Below, piece after piece: positions 15,485 to 29,914 of a stretch of 64,000 nucleotides of DNA. The stretch is from NCBI RefSeq assembly GCF_009914755.1, contig NC_060926.1; one strand, given 5' to 3'. Each line of letters begins with the position of its first letter. Position 1 is the first letter of the stretch. The translations under genes were made by a program, and so were the position numbers. Below the pieces are notes generated by a model. The model searched no databases and was not told the DNA's origin. It saw nothing but the letters and a program-made list of their open reading frames with translations. Source of the DNA: the human T2T-CHM13v2.0 reference genome, Homo sapiens.

Positions 15485-16637
15485 TGAGAAAAGAGAAGAA
15501 AGTTTTTATCTAAGAAATGTGAGCCCCTTTAAATTATCAGGCCCAGAGAGGCTTTAAAATGTGACAACAGTCACATCTTACTTCCCCTCTATGCTAAACG
15601 ATTACCTCTTGAAGCCACTTGCTCCATAGGCTCTAGATTAACTGATGCCAAGTAGCCATAAAATGCCACACACTGGACACCATAACTTATAACCTATAGT
15701 TCAATAACGTATAATCAATCACTAATCAATGTTATCGCTGTATTGTCCAACAGACCGCCAGGATGGCTAAATAGTATAAAGGAGAGCTTTATTGGCAATA
15801 TCAGTTTGCAAACCAGGAAGAGACAGTCTCTGGCATGTACCTAAAGTGCTTTCTCTTCAAAGAGGTAAAAGGCAGGTTGATTTTTATACCTCACAGTCTG
15901 TATTACACAATAGACTCATACATACTCAGCCGGTTTGGGGGGTATGAGGAGAGTCAAGCACATGCACAAGGGGTAAACATATATGTAACATACTTCCCAT
16001 GTTCACTTTGAGGTAGAGTTTTAGCATTAAAACAAGCTGGAATTTGGCTCTTTACATCAAAGGTGAACTTTAAGGCACAAAGACAGTTTGTGTGCAGCCT
16101 CTGAAAGCTGACTGAAGCTGGATTAAAGTCTGGAGTTGCTTAAGAGGAAAGAATGTTTGAAGGCCACTCCCCTGTCCAATCAGAGTTGTAGTGATCTGGG
16201 TTATAAATAAGAGGTAGAAAGGGAGTAACAATTTGCTTGATAGCTCCTATTGTTAGGAAGTTTAGCAAGAGTGTGGGGTTTTTTTGTTTGAAGCTGTAAG
16301 AATTTAGGAAGTTGCTATGCCAGCTGAGCTCTGAATTCTGCGCCCATAGATAATATTTATTTTCTTAACCTTGGGGTCTGTCTTAGTTGATAAAGGAGCA
16401 TCTATTTTGGTTTCTCAGATCACATCTGTAAACCAACAAAAATTCCTGTCAAACAACTTCGTATCAGCCCACTCTTTTTTTCCCTTTTCCCTTTGAAAAC
16501 CTGCTTGTAACAAGCCAAATGCAGCACTTCCCAGGGCAACTTGGAAATGTGTCCCAGCCATTGTCCTCACTTTGGCTAAAGTAAACTCTTCCATTAAAAT
16601 TATATCTGATGCCTCAGCTTCTTTCTTTAGGTGGACA
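15485..16637 (+). mobile_element. ERV1-class LTR (MER39-like) split by a nested LTR
   Basis: TG...CA ends; tgagcccctttaaattatcaggcccagagagg...aatcaatgttat then resumes tctgtaaaccaa...aagtaaactc...taggtggaca. Confidence 0.7.
15739..16424 (-). mobile_element. Nested antisense ERV1-class LTR
   Basis: Reverse AATAAA (gctttattgg) near left end; right end tctattttggtttctcagatcaca; interrupts the continuity of the outer LTR. Confidence 0.7.
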
Positions 16638-17342
16638 TAAGTCATTTCGAACTCCTCTCTATCCACCGCACTACGCATATTCACATTTTTTCCATGTTTT
16701 TCCAATTTTGAGTCTGATATGCTTCTTGAATCAGTTTTTCACCACTTTCCATCACCTACCACCTCTGCTCTGCATCAAATTGTCTTCTGCTCAAATCAGT
16801 AGACTATTTCCTTACATGACCTTCTTACCTTTAGCCTTGGCTCCCTTAGATCCATCTTCCCCAAAGTTTCCAGGTTTCAAAGGCAACATCCGATGATGCA
16901 AATTCTCTTTCAATAGCTCCACATCTTCTTTGGATGATGCTCAGAGCTTCTCTCCAGTGCATCTGAAGCTTTTCATATAACGATGATGAAGACGGCTGAT
17001 TTTTACTGAGCATTACTATGTTCCAGATACATTGGATCAGATCTTTTCATGGACATTACTTACTCTCTCAAAATAGTCCCCTAGAATAGATGTGATTATC
17101 CTCCTTATGTCTCTTTTACAGAAGAAGAAACCACTTTCAGAGTTTATTTGCCAGGCTAGGAAGTATTGGAGAAGAGATTTGGTCCAATGCCAGTCATTAA
17201 GTCTTCCCCTGAATATGTGCTCACAACTAGTATATTACACTTCCCTGCATCTCCTAAACCGAAATGACAAACCAAAACATTTTAGAGACCCAATGTGTAA
17301 GAATAATTGAATGGAAGTGATTTCAGCAAAAGTTCTTCTATA

Positions 17343-17671
<329 letters not shown>

Positions 17672-20600
17672 CTAAACTAGCCAGCCATATGGTTCAGATG
17701 AACCAGTGATCTCCTCAAATTGATGTCCAGTGCCTCACTCCCCAAGGTAAATAGCAATGAGGAATGGTTCTACTGACCTCCTTAACTTGTCATAAAATTC
17801 ACACTTTTATTCGTTGTGGAATGACACTTTTAATATTTCTTTTGTAGAAGAAATCCAGGTTTCCAAAAAGCCACTGACAAACATTTCAAGTTAGGCCTGG
17901 TGGCACTGCACTTAAATCAGTAGTTGAATTTAATCATATTCATTTTTGCACTGAAATATTTGTTTCTGTAACTATTGAAAAATTTCACTTTGCTGTTTTT
18001 TTCTCTAAATGATCTTTTATTTCAATTATGGAAAAATAGAAAATAAAGCTTCTGAAACCTATATCTGTCAGAAATAATCATGGAAATCATTGGGCATGTC
18101 AATAGCCATGTTTTAACATCAACTGAATGCCCTTTAAGCAGGCCACCTGTAGTTTGAATTGTGCAGGAAAAAGAAAATTGCAAGGATAAGCTCATTTTTT
18201 CCTGGGAATATTTCATAGAAAGTTGTGCTCAAAGATCAAAGTATGATTAGAATTTTTAATATTAAGCTCTGGGAATGGAAATTCTCTTTTTATCATACAT
18301 AAATATAGTTTGAATTATGCATAGTCTATCTTCATGCATGCTTTCAGAAGGACATTTCTCAGAGAGAGGAAGATGCACATGGCTTTCTAGGTTTTCCACC
18401 TGGAAAAGGAAGAAATTCAAATGTTTGGATCCCAATTTTCCCAGCATCATCCTTTTCATGTCCTTAAAATCTCACTCAGAGAAGCTATTTCTTTTTCACT
18501 CCTGATAGCAACAGCGTGCTGTTGGCCTGGAGCTTGATTTGCTGTAGAGGCAGTAGGCTGGGGCTTCTCTGGGGAACACTGATTAAGCAGGAATTCTGGG
18601 AGCAGGCGATGGCTGGCAGAGTGGTGGAAGTGAGCCTGTGAGGGCAGCAGCAGCACACAGAAGCTCAGTGTGCTTCTGGTGACAAGGTCTTCAGAGACTC
18701 TTCCTCGAGGCTGGTTTGCAGCTGGGAACATCAATCTCTCTCCTGACCAGGGGCTTATTAACATTCTGAGTATCACTTTCAATTAAATTTCTCCAATGCT
18801 CATTTAGTTTCTAGTTAATAAGGCAGGACTGGATGTCATGTATGATCCAGCAGGTTGTTTTTAAAGGATAAAAATAAAAGGAGCCCTGGGATAAGTTAAA
18901 GCGTGAGGCACTGTTCCTGGGCCAACATGTTGCCCAAACCACTGGCCTCCATTGGCTTTGCAGGTGGTCTCAGGGCATGTTTTTTAATGTACTTTTCCCT
19001 AATGGAGGATTTCAATCAGATATTCACTCTTAGGAAAACCAACACATTGTTCCCCGATGGCTGCACAAATTCAACCAGCTTTTTTAGTTCAAATTATTGT
19101 GTGTTTTGTGTAGTAAAGAACTCCTATAAACAAAGAATGGAAGTAGTTTCTAGGAGGTACCACAAATAGAATTCGCCAGCCTCTGAACAGCTTTTTTGAG
19201 GTGATAACGCTAATAATGAAAATAATAGCAGTGAGAGTCACTACTTATTCAGTGTCTATTATCTGTCTATCACTGCGGTCAGCACATCACTTAAAAACCC
19301 TCATTTAATTATTACAACAATGCTAAGAGGATTAATGTCCAATTTTGGATGGGGAAACTGAGATACAGAGCTTAATATCCCCATGATCAAAGGGCTCATT
19401 TGTGCTAATAGAGAAGTGGTAACTGTGTAAATAATAATCAGTGTTTCATCTTCAGGCTTTTCCTTCTTCTCTTTTCCATCTACTTGAAAGACTTAGAACA
19501 GTGTAGAATAGTCTCAGCTTCAAAACAGGTCTCCACAGACTTCTTGGCGAACAGACCACTAAGGTAGAAGGGTGATAAAGTGGGAGGCAGGCAGGGAGAA
19601 GGAACATAGCCCCCTTTCCTATGGGAGGAGCCAGGAGGAGAAGATGCATACAATCAGCACTTTCTGCTCTAGGTCAAGATGCCCTGCTTATTCTTCTAAC
19701 CTGGGACAGCAGAGACTTGTCAAGGGCTCCAAGATTTTGGAGTTAAACCCTAATCTGGGCCCTACTATGCCCTTTTCTAGTTATGTGACCCTGGGAAACT
19801 GACATTATTCTGAGCCTCGGGTGTTTGTAAAGGCATGACTCTCCCACCCTCTGGTTAAAAACCTTAATCCTAGGTGACAGGAGTAGGTACATGAACCAGG
19901 ATTGGTCATTCATAGTGTCTGTCCCATTCTCTTGGACACATAAATGACTCAGAAATGGACTTTTGACTTCTGCAAGCCAGGTCTGTCCAGAGAAGCGGAC
20001 TGCATTTGGAGAGGGTTCACTAGATAAGTAAGATTTTCAACCAGCCTTTGACCCTACTCTACAGGGTAAAATTACAGAATTTGATTAGATTACATTCTCT
20101 CTACGTCCAATGAGCTCTAATCGTCTATTATTCCATCTGAAGGAAAATACACATACAGTGTCTCATTCCGTATAGTTGGATTATATAAAATTACACGTAT
20201 GGGGGTGGTGCTTGAGGCAAAATCTGTTAGGTAGTAATGAATAACTAAAACAAAGAAATGCTTTAAAAGGAGTTTTGCAAAATGGCTCTCTGCACTAGAG
20301 TTTGGAGGTCTCTTTTGAAATAATGTTTGAAAACCAACCCACTCACAAGAAACTTTGTAATTTTTGGTGTTTTTCTTTGGCATGTGATTCCAGACCCATA
20401 ATGGGAGGGAGGTTTAACGGAGACAGGGTTTATAAAATGCTGAGCGGCTGTGATTAGAGCACAACGGCTTTGTATAGAAATGTGCTAACAAGAAACAATA
20501 AGTGGCATTTGAAATAAGAGGCCCAAGGGAGAATAGGAATTCATGAAGAAAAGAATGTTAAAATAAATACTTGCTGAGTACCTAATGCATTCAACCAAAA

Positions 20601-20931
20601 GCAAAACTTTTAATACACATTTCCAGTTGAAAATCAGAAGGTGGCAGCACTGCTTACTGAATAGTTTCAGATGAAGCCTCCAGGGAAACCTGGAGACAGA
20701 ATAAGCCATTTTGTAGGTTATAAGCGCAGCTAATTTATAGCTAAAAATGAAATGACTATGGCTCATATGCACCCCTGAAACCTCTGAGCCTCTTCGGGGA
20801 TTTGGCATATTGACTCTGTCATGGGTGGGTTTCACCTCCAAGGATGCAGTGAACTCAGAAACATGCCAAAATGAAGAGCAAGGCCCTGGCCAAATTTCTT
20901 TCCATCTGAAATGAAAAAGGAAAAGCCCAAA

Positions 20932-21102
20932 GTTTGGTCCCCACAACTGAAACATCAAAGTCCCCTGGGAATTTGTCAGCAATACTAGTTTTCCAGCCTC
21001 CCCTCAGATCTACTGAATCAGAAGTTTTGAGAGTGAGGTCCAGAAATGTGGATTTTCTAAACTTTCCAGCTGATTCCAGTGCTGGCTTACATCTGAGAAC
21101 CA
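20932..21102. mobile_element. MER5A
   Basis: cctgggaatttgtcag...cagatctactgaatcagaa...tgattc...tgagaacca. Confidence 0.75.
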
Positions 21103-21684
21103 TAAGGAGAGGTATAGAGACTATTGTTGTGATCTGTGTTTCAAAATGTGGAACACGTCCTCAAACAATATCTTGCTATGGATATGTGGACTAACTTCGT
21201 GGTCCTATTTATAGCCTCAGTCATATTGAACAGAAAGAGTGGGCAAAAACAGACGACTTGCAAGAAAGTAATTCCTTAAAAATGGACCAGAACAGGCAGT
21301 AATTGATGAAAGCACAAACTAGAGGTTTTCCCCACAACATATTGAATTTCTGCCTACTTGTCAATAGCTCAGAAATCTTCAGAAAAATAACTTGTTTTGC
21401 TGTGTGTCGTTCTATCAGACAAATTTACAAGTTATTAAAGAGAAATAAAACTTTGAAAATTATTTTTAAGCATTCTCTGAATAAATGCATAATAAAAATA
21501 TTATTTGTTCTTACTGTCCAAACAGAAAAAAAAAATGCTGGAGGTGAGAAGTCAATTACACTTAAAAAGCATAAAGACTCTTAGAAGTAATTTTGCCACT
21601 TTAATAGGCATTGACTAAAGCCTAGTCCAGAATAATTCATGCCTGTTTTATTAATTAACTTTGTGGTTATACAGTGGAGAGTAG

Positions 21685-22281
<597 letters not shown>

Positions 22282-22761
22282 AGCTTTTTTTTTTCTTTTT
22301 TTTTTTTTTAAACTTGCTGTGAGCCACGGAAGAGCCAGCCAGAAAGTCTGCTAGCTGATCCACACATAGCCTTGGCAAATCTAAATGGAGGGTCAAATCT
22401 GGATTGGGAATGGATGTGAAGAACACAATATCGGGTCACAAAAAAATTATCTGGGGCATCTTAATACACTAATTCATTCATCTCCACTGTGGATAGAGAC
22501 CTGTCTCTCTATTTGGGTTTGGAATTCACAGCCTCGTTACTCCTGGACGGTATGTACTCAGCTTCTCTGACTGATTTGTCCATGCTCTGTGCCAAACCTC
22601 CCCTCTCACTTGAGGCTTTTTTTTTTTTGAAGTATGTTAATATCATTTATTGAGATTTAGTTATATGTCATTAAATTTCCAAGAATGCCTGGTCATGGGC
22701 AATATTTTGTCTTTATTGTCCTTGATTAACAGCACTGTACTTCTACTCCTGCTAATAATAG

Positions 22762-23553
22762 TGTCATATTTTTCTTTTAATTTGGTTTCAAGGTCTCTCT
22801 CAGGAGAGCAGCTGTAAACTCTAGCCCTGCCCTGACAGTGCTCTTGGGGAGGTGGTTGTGGGTGTTTACAGTGTACCTTCCGTGGGATACTTCTTTGTTC
22901 TGGTGGAAAACCTGATGCCTAAGTGTCCAACGTGTGACCAGATATCCCTCTCACAGGAAACTTACTTACACTGGCAGATGCTTAAGGTCTTGTGTGACCT
23001 ATGTCCAATTTATTCCTACAAAGATAGCCATTCTGTAGGAGAACTGACTGGGAAATAGGTTCAGGTGTGTTGGTCATAGGAGGTGGCACAACAAAACACA
23101 TGAAATAGCAGAAGCAGTATATTACTCACAGGTCCCAGAGAAGAGGAGCACCAATGAGCACCAATGAGAAGGTTGTGGGGACACCATGCGCAGCCAACAG
23201 GTTGGGATTTCTAATTGGTGGACTTAGAGCAAGCAGACAAGGGTCACATGCATTCATGTTATAACTTAGGAGTGATCACTACAGCCTCTGAGCACATTCC
23301 ATGTGGAGTATGGGACTCAGTAGGATGAGCCTGGTCAATTGTTATCTATTTTTCCCATATGAAAGTGGATACTAGGAGGTGATTTTATAGGGAAGATATC
23401 ACGTCTGGATGGAATACAAGAAGAAACTGGGAGGAGGAAGACAGCTGGAAACTGGGTCAAAGGTGACTAAGCTCTGCTTCTGGTGTGACAGTTAATGCTA
23501 TATGTACTAAAAATGAATGCCGAGGCAACATAAAATTACAAGTATTCCCTATA
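22762..23553 (-). mobile_element. ERVL-class LTR (MER54/MER73/MER74 group)
   Basis: gtgtttacagtgt...gatacttcttt...cacaggaaactt...tactggcaga...aagatagcca...acaaaacacatgaaatagcagaagcag.tattactcacag match recalled group consensus. Confidence 0.6.
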
Positions 23554-24129
23554 CATAGCTATCATGAGAGCTCCTAGGTGCCAGAGCCTGGGAATATTAG
23601 ACTGCTTAGTTCTAGACCTCCTGAAGTTTACATTGCAGTTAAGAAAACAGGAAACTGGACACACGACTACAATTTAGTCATATGGAGCATGCAAAGAGGG
23701 GAGAAGTTGTGGATGCCAGCGCATAAGAGGGAGAGTGGTCCTTAATTTTGAGGTCAGAGAAAGCTTCCTCTGGCAGGTGCTAAACTCCAAACATTAGCAG
23801 AAAACAAGAGCTTTTACAGACCAAATGAGTTCACATGGCTTTGGCACACACTGTGTGGGGATTGGGGGAGAGAGTAAAATGGGGAAAGATCATGCTAGAG
23901 ACATAAGCTTGTGTGAGATCAAGAAGGATTTAAATTAAGTTGCCGAAGAGTATTTTATGTTGGTGGTAATTGTGAGACAAGTAATAGTTTTGAGCAGAAA
24001 AGTGACTACACGTAATTTGCATTTTAGAAAACTCATTCTTATGGAGAAATTATACTATGGATTGAAAAAGGGTAATGTTTGAGGGAGGAATGCCTTGGGT
24101 TTTCTTGTTTTATTTGTTTTTCAATATAG

Positions 24130-24375
24130 ATGGCTAATAATGGCCGATAGTATACTCTTACTATATGCCAAGCATTTTACTTGCATGTTCTCATTTAATT
24201 TTTATAATGATGCTGTAACATAGATTGCACTAGGAATTATCCTAATGGCACAGAGAAGAAAAGAAATAGCAATAGGAAGTTTATGTAACTCCCCCAAGGT
24301 CACAAAACTGGTATGAGTTAGAGCTGAGATAGAAACTCTATCTGACGTCAGAGTCTATGCTCTATTTCACTGCAC
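24130..24375 (-). mobile_element. MIR
   Basis: tactatatgccaagc...tctcatttaat...gtaactcccccaaggtcaca...agagctgagat. Confidence 0.7.
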
Positions 24376-25324
24376 CCACTGCTGCCTTCAAGCTAGAGAG
24401 AAGATAAGCTGAATTAGGGAGCTGCATCCAGAAAGTAAAGAAGAGGACACATTGGGAGCTATTGCAGAGCGAGAAAGGGCAGGTCTTGACGACTGCTTGG
24501 AGGTAGGTGGTGCGAGAAGGGAGCTGGTAAGAAGAAGTCTTAAGTTTGGCTCAAGATCATTACTAATTTTGCTCCCAACTTCAGTAACTTCCTCTATATC
24601 CTTGGACAGTCTTTTCACTTATTTCCTGGTCCCATCTCTTTTGCTTCACAGTAGCAATCCAAAAATTCCTGCTTTCTTCTGCAGACACCATGCTACTCCA
24701 TCCCTCCTCAGCATCAATGGATGATTACACCTTCTGATTGTTTTGGATCTTTGGCTGGGAATGGTGGTGATGTTCTTCTTTGTGCCAGGTCTAAATTAAA
24801 GAATTGGCTCTTTATCACAACATTTAGAACATACTATGAAAAGAAAGAAATCAATGAAAAACAGGACCTCTTTATTTCCTACTCATAATAATATCAAGTA
24901 AGAACATCTATTTCCAGAAGTAGTTTTTCAGCCTTTTGCTAGAGAGAGTTTGTTCTTTTGTTTAAAATGCCTGAGCTGATAAGGTTCCCAGCCTCAGGAG
25001 GGACAGATAGAGAGGAGAAAAGTTATTTTCCCAGAAATGGCAGGATGCATTCTGACCCCTTCCTTTATGTTTTAGATGACTGATAGTGACAACATCTAAT
25101 AGCAACTTTTATTTTCTCATTTAGGGCCAGTAAGGCTAGCTTTTGCTGTTTTCAAATGTAATTATTATAGAGTATTGAATATAACGATCCAGAGAAAGAT
25201 CCAGATGTTTCTATTTTCTTCCGTAGAAATAACTCATCTATTAGATATAATAGACAGTGCCTTGTGGTACAGCAGTTTAGGAATATCATTTTACTAAGCT
25301 CATCTCTTCCTAGATGCAGGAAAG

Positions 25325-26087
25325 TGAGGACTAAGCTCTGATTTTTTTATTTGCCCAAATTTCTATCTAAGGGGTCTAGGGACTAATGACCTACAAACCA
25401 TAAATTCTCATCAGATAGGTTTTATTTAACCCTATATATCATGGCTTACTTTCCAATCTGACCCTGGCATAACACTATGAGACAAGGAAGAAAATAAAAA
25501 TATTTAACTCCAAAATAGATTTCCTTGCCATACCTTGAAATTGGCCTGCAAAGTCTTTTATGGGAAAAACCCACATTCTATAGAGAATTCCCTTTTGTTT
25601 TCCTTCCTTCCTTCCCAGATCCAAGAGATAATCAACTAAGAGTCAGGCACCCTTTTAGGTCCCATAAGAAATATTTTGCAACCTGCTCTCTCTCTCTCTG
25701 AAGTCTGCTACCTGAGAGCTCCCTCTGCACAATAAAACTTGGTCTCCACAACCTTTATCTTGACCTGAACATTCCTTTCTATCAATCACAGGTCTTTAAA
25801 CAAACTCAACCAATTGTCCACCAGAATATGTTTAAATTTACCTATAGCCTGGAAACCCCCACTTTGAGAAGTCCCGCCTTTCTGAACAAAACCAATGTAT
25901 TTCTTAAGTGTATTTGATTGATGTTTCATGCCTCCCTGAAATATATAAAACCAAACTGTGCTCTGACCACCTTGGACACATGTTCTTAGGACTCCCCTAG
26001 GGCTGTGTCACAGGCCATGGTCACTCATATTTGGCTCAGAATAAATTTCTAAAAATATTTTACAGAGTTTGACTCTTTTTGTCGGCA
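25325..26087 (+). mobile_element. Complete solo LTR, MER4D/E-like (ERV1)
   Basis: Starts tgaggactaagctctgattt, ends ttttgtcggca; AATAAA near 26040; exact 4-bp TSD AAAG at 25321-25324 and 26088-26091. Confidence 0.88.
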
Positions 26088-26194
26088 AAAGATTATCACA
26101 GAAAAGTGTCTGAAATGGTCTCTTAAAATAGTCTGTCTCTCAGTTCTAGTTGTTATTTGCAACAGATGGAAATACTAGTCTTTGTGGCATGGTT

Positions 26195-26585
26195 CAAGTA
26201 TGAGTTTGCTAGAACTGCCATAGAAAACTACCACAGACTAGATGAGTTAAATAACAGAAATTTATTTTCTCAAAGTTCTGGATGTTGGAAGTCCAAGACC
26301 AAGGTGTTGGCAGGTCTGGTTTCTTCTGAGGCCTCTCTCCTTAGCTCATAGCTGGCCACCTTCTCCCTCATGTTCTCACATGCCCTTTTCTCTGTATGTA
26401 TTCCTGATATCTCTTCCTTTCTTATATGGGTACCGATCAGATTGCATTAGGGCCCACCTTAATGATCTCATTAACCTCATCACCTTTCTGAAAGCCCTAT
26501 CTCCAAATACAGTCAAATTCTAAAGCACTAGGGCTTAGGATTTCAACATACGAATTTTAGGGAGACACAATTCAAAGCACATAAT
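26195..26585 (-). mobile_element. MLT1A/B-type MaLR LTR
   Basis: taccacagact...aacagaaatttattttctca..gttctgga...aagtccaagaccaaggtgttggcagg...ggagacacaattca. Confidence 0.85.
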
Positions 26586-27260
26586 TGTATTTACTTTGCT
26601 GTTATCCAAAAGCAATAGCAACAGTGAGAAAAAGCAGAAAAAGAGCTCTGGCCTAGAAAAAATATAGAAGTATTACAAGAACACCACCCAGTCTGATAAC
26701 ATTTCCAAGCTTTGGCACCAGCGAATTTTTACTGCTTGCAAAAAGGCAGGCGTGAATTTCTTCTGTTGGGGTAGCCCTATTTTGGTTTCCCTAAAAAAAG
26801 CAAGAGTTTCAAAGTTTCAAGACTCTAGAAAATGTAAAAATCTTTCAGATGGTTTTTACTGCCATTCTTTCTCTGTTTCAAGAGCTAATAAACACACTGT
26901 TATTATCATATTAGTTTTATCCTTCCACTTATGAGATTTTCTTTCTTTTCCTTTTTTCTAATGACCAAGCAAATCCCCTTTCTATGAGCATAATGAAGGA
27001 TTTTGCTTACAATCAGGCGTCACCCTCAAAGAGGTGAAATATCTTGGCTCTTTGATAATCTTTCATGATCACTTCCAAGAGGAACTTTGCAGGCATTTGA
27101 GTTGCCAGACGTAAAATTTGGCTTTCTGAAAAAGAAGCACATGTAACTAGCTCATAAGCTGCAGTTTGTTAATTATTTTTTTCTAAATAAAGAAAAAATA
27201 TCATTGACCAGAGTGATGAGTAGGAGACTTTAGGACTCTAAAGAGGGATTTTCTCAATGT

Positions 27261-27480
27261 TCACTCTCACTTCAACCCTCCCCCTACGCAGAAACTTCTC
27301 TACATCTACTTGTATATTTGTTTCTTCACTACTACCATCTAAGTATAGTAGAAACTACTACTAAGAAGCTACTAAGCTACACTTAGCTTCTACTATACTT
27401 AGATGCTAGTAGTGAAGAAATAAATATACAAGTAGATCTAGAGAAGTTTCTGTGTAGGGGGAGGATTGAAGTGAAAATGA
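27261..27480. repeat. Long inverted repeat (97-bp arms, 26-nt spacer)
   Basis: Manual alignment of 27261-27357 against the reverse complement of 27384-27480: 89/97 identical, no gaps. Confidence 0.97.
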
Positions 27481-29074
27481 GCCTTGGAAGAAGCATCTAA
27501 GTCATTTCCAACTCTTCTTCCACTACTGTGAGGAATCCATGTCCTCCTTTCTCTGGGCCTTTGCATTTCCAACTATCCCCTCTCTAAGTAATGCCATGCT
27601 CCTCCCTCCACTGCTTTCCTCTTCTTTAACTCTGTGCGTGCTCATGCCTCCTCCCAGATATATGATATTATGATACATCTACCTACATTCGAGTTCAATT
27701 CTGAGTTTCTCAAGTGCAAAGATATGTCATATCTTTGTGTTTCCACTGCCTAGCATGATTCCTCGCTTATTGTTATTTCTTGATAAGCATCTGATGAATG
27801 AAGGAATGAATGGATGGATTTACATGCATACAGGGCAAAACAACAGAAGTTGATTAGTCAAGTAAACATATTTTAATGATGGCAATAATTGTTTATTGTT
27901 TAGAAAAATAAAATAAAACATTCAATTTCATAAAAGACAGAATCTATAAAATCAGAAAAATTTATAGTTAATTATCTGGATAGTAAATTTTCTGAAAATA
28001 GGCAATGTTGATAATTTAGGTAAAGCTTACTGTCTCCTTCATTTTTCTGAAACAGAAATAGAGGTTTGAATGATTTTCAAAGATGATCCAACTTTCCTCT
28101 TGCTCTTGGCTATGTTCTATACAGTGCAAATTGAGAAGATAAAACCTAAACATTTCATTGTAGTTTGTCTGTGTTCATGATCACCTGGATGTTTTGCATG
28201 GTATAGATGTACTCAGGCCTTAAGAGACTCTCTCAGAATATTCAGGATTCTACTTAGTAACCCTAGGCTTGCTAGCTATTTAGTGGGTTAGTTTTTTAAC
28301 TGCTAAATATTTTCTGAGCCCTTACTAAATGTACAGTAATTGTGTCAAGTATTAGGAAGAACATAGAAACATGTATAAATGTACCTTCTGTAATTGTTGC
28401 CATCTACGGTATTATCCAAGACAATAGACACTAAATTAAAACGAAATAGTAGAGAGGAAATGCTTATGATCTTTAGGAATTGTTGCTAATTGAAAAAACA
28501 AACAAAAGAAATTCTTAACGTTGGCATGTTTAGTGGTAATTAGGACCTGTTTTTATTGCATGCTGGATATTAGTTGTTATGTGCTTATTCTCAGCTCATT
28601 GGAATACAAGCAGACACATCTCCAAAAAGCAGAATAATCTCAGGAAGACGTTGCCCTCTCCTGAGCTAGGTAGAAGGTCTTGAGCTGTAGCCTGAACTGG
28701 TGTCTGATTGAAGAATGCGTGCAGGTGCCTCCTCCATCAGTCTGGTCCCAGAAGACATCTTGCAGTTTACTACAAGTTTTTAAGAAAGATGCAGCGGTCT
28801 GTGAAAAGGCTAACATTTCTGCAGGAGAGAGAAATCTGCCTGACAGATAAACATCCCTCCAGCCTTTCCTAAGCCCTATTTGTAAAGAAAGCTTGATGGA
28901 AAGGGAATTCTGTACAACTTCAAGGAAAAACAGTGGAGAGATTGAATCAATAGGAAGCATCCTCCTTACTCCCATTTCAGGAAATCCAGAGATCAGTGTG
29001 CTCTTATTTCAAAAGGCTGTCATCCAACAGAGTCACATGGTGATCTGAAATCACCAAAGCCCCAGAGGATGGCA

Positions 29075-29682
29075 CAGGGCAATGCAAAAAGCATGAGGCT
29101 GAGAGTCAAGTGACATGGGTTCTGTTCTCAGTTCTGTCAAGGTTTAGCTACATGACCTTGGGCAAGCCACATAAGCCTGCTTCCTCAGCTATAGGACCCA
29201 GATTGTTTTACCTTTGTCTGGCAAAGCTTTTACGAGAATGGAATGAGGTATAATATGTAAGTGGACCTGTATTATTCAATTCTTACATTGCTATGAAGAA
29301 CTACCTGAGACTGGGTGATTTGTAAAGAAAAGAGGTTTAATGCGTTCACGGTTCTGCAGGTTGTAGAGGAAGTATGGCTGGGAAGCCTTAGGAAACTTAC
29401 AATCATGACGGAAGGTGAAGGGGAAGCAGGCATAGTCTTCACATGGCCAGAGCAGGAGAGATAAAAAGAGAAGAGGGGAGTGCTACACACTTTGAAACAA
29501 CCAGATCTCATGAGAATTCACTATCACAAGAACAGCAAAAAGGAAGTCTGCTCCTGTGATTCAATCACCTCCCACCAGGCCCCTCTTTCAACACATGGGG
29601 ATTACAGTTGGACCTGAGATTTGAGTGGGAACATGGAGCCAAATCATATCAGTACTCAACTCAGTGCTTGGCATATGGTAAG
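29075..29682 (+). mobile_element. MIR interrupted by an MST LTR
   Basis: catgaccttgggcaagccac...cctcag...taatatgtaa, resuming after the LTR with cagtgcttggcatatggtaag. Confidence 0.7.
29268..29651 (-). mobile_element. MSTA/THE1-type MaLR solo LTR
   Basis: tgtatt...ttgctatgaagaactacctgagactggg...aggaaacttacaatcatg...gagatttgagtggg...aaatcatatca. Confidence 0.9.
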
Positions 29683-29914
29683 AACAAAACCACAACCATA
29701 GCTAGAGGCCTTTCTCGGGCATGAGCAGGCTGTCTGGTTGGAGGATTTCAGGGAGCCTGAGTGCACTTTACCCATTATTCCTTCTCTCACTGCTATGGGA
29801 CACCTTCCAGATACATAGCTTCTCAGCTGATTGCTTCAGTGACTTAATAATGGATAAACTGCTTCTTCTATCTCTAGTGGAAAAAATAAAGCCTGGGACA
29901 CAGAGTGGCTCAAA

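Noticed and set aside
20485-20982. 165-aa minus-strand ORF
   Set aside because: Starts in a MER5A fragment and has no recognisable homology.
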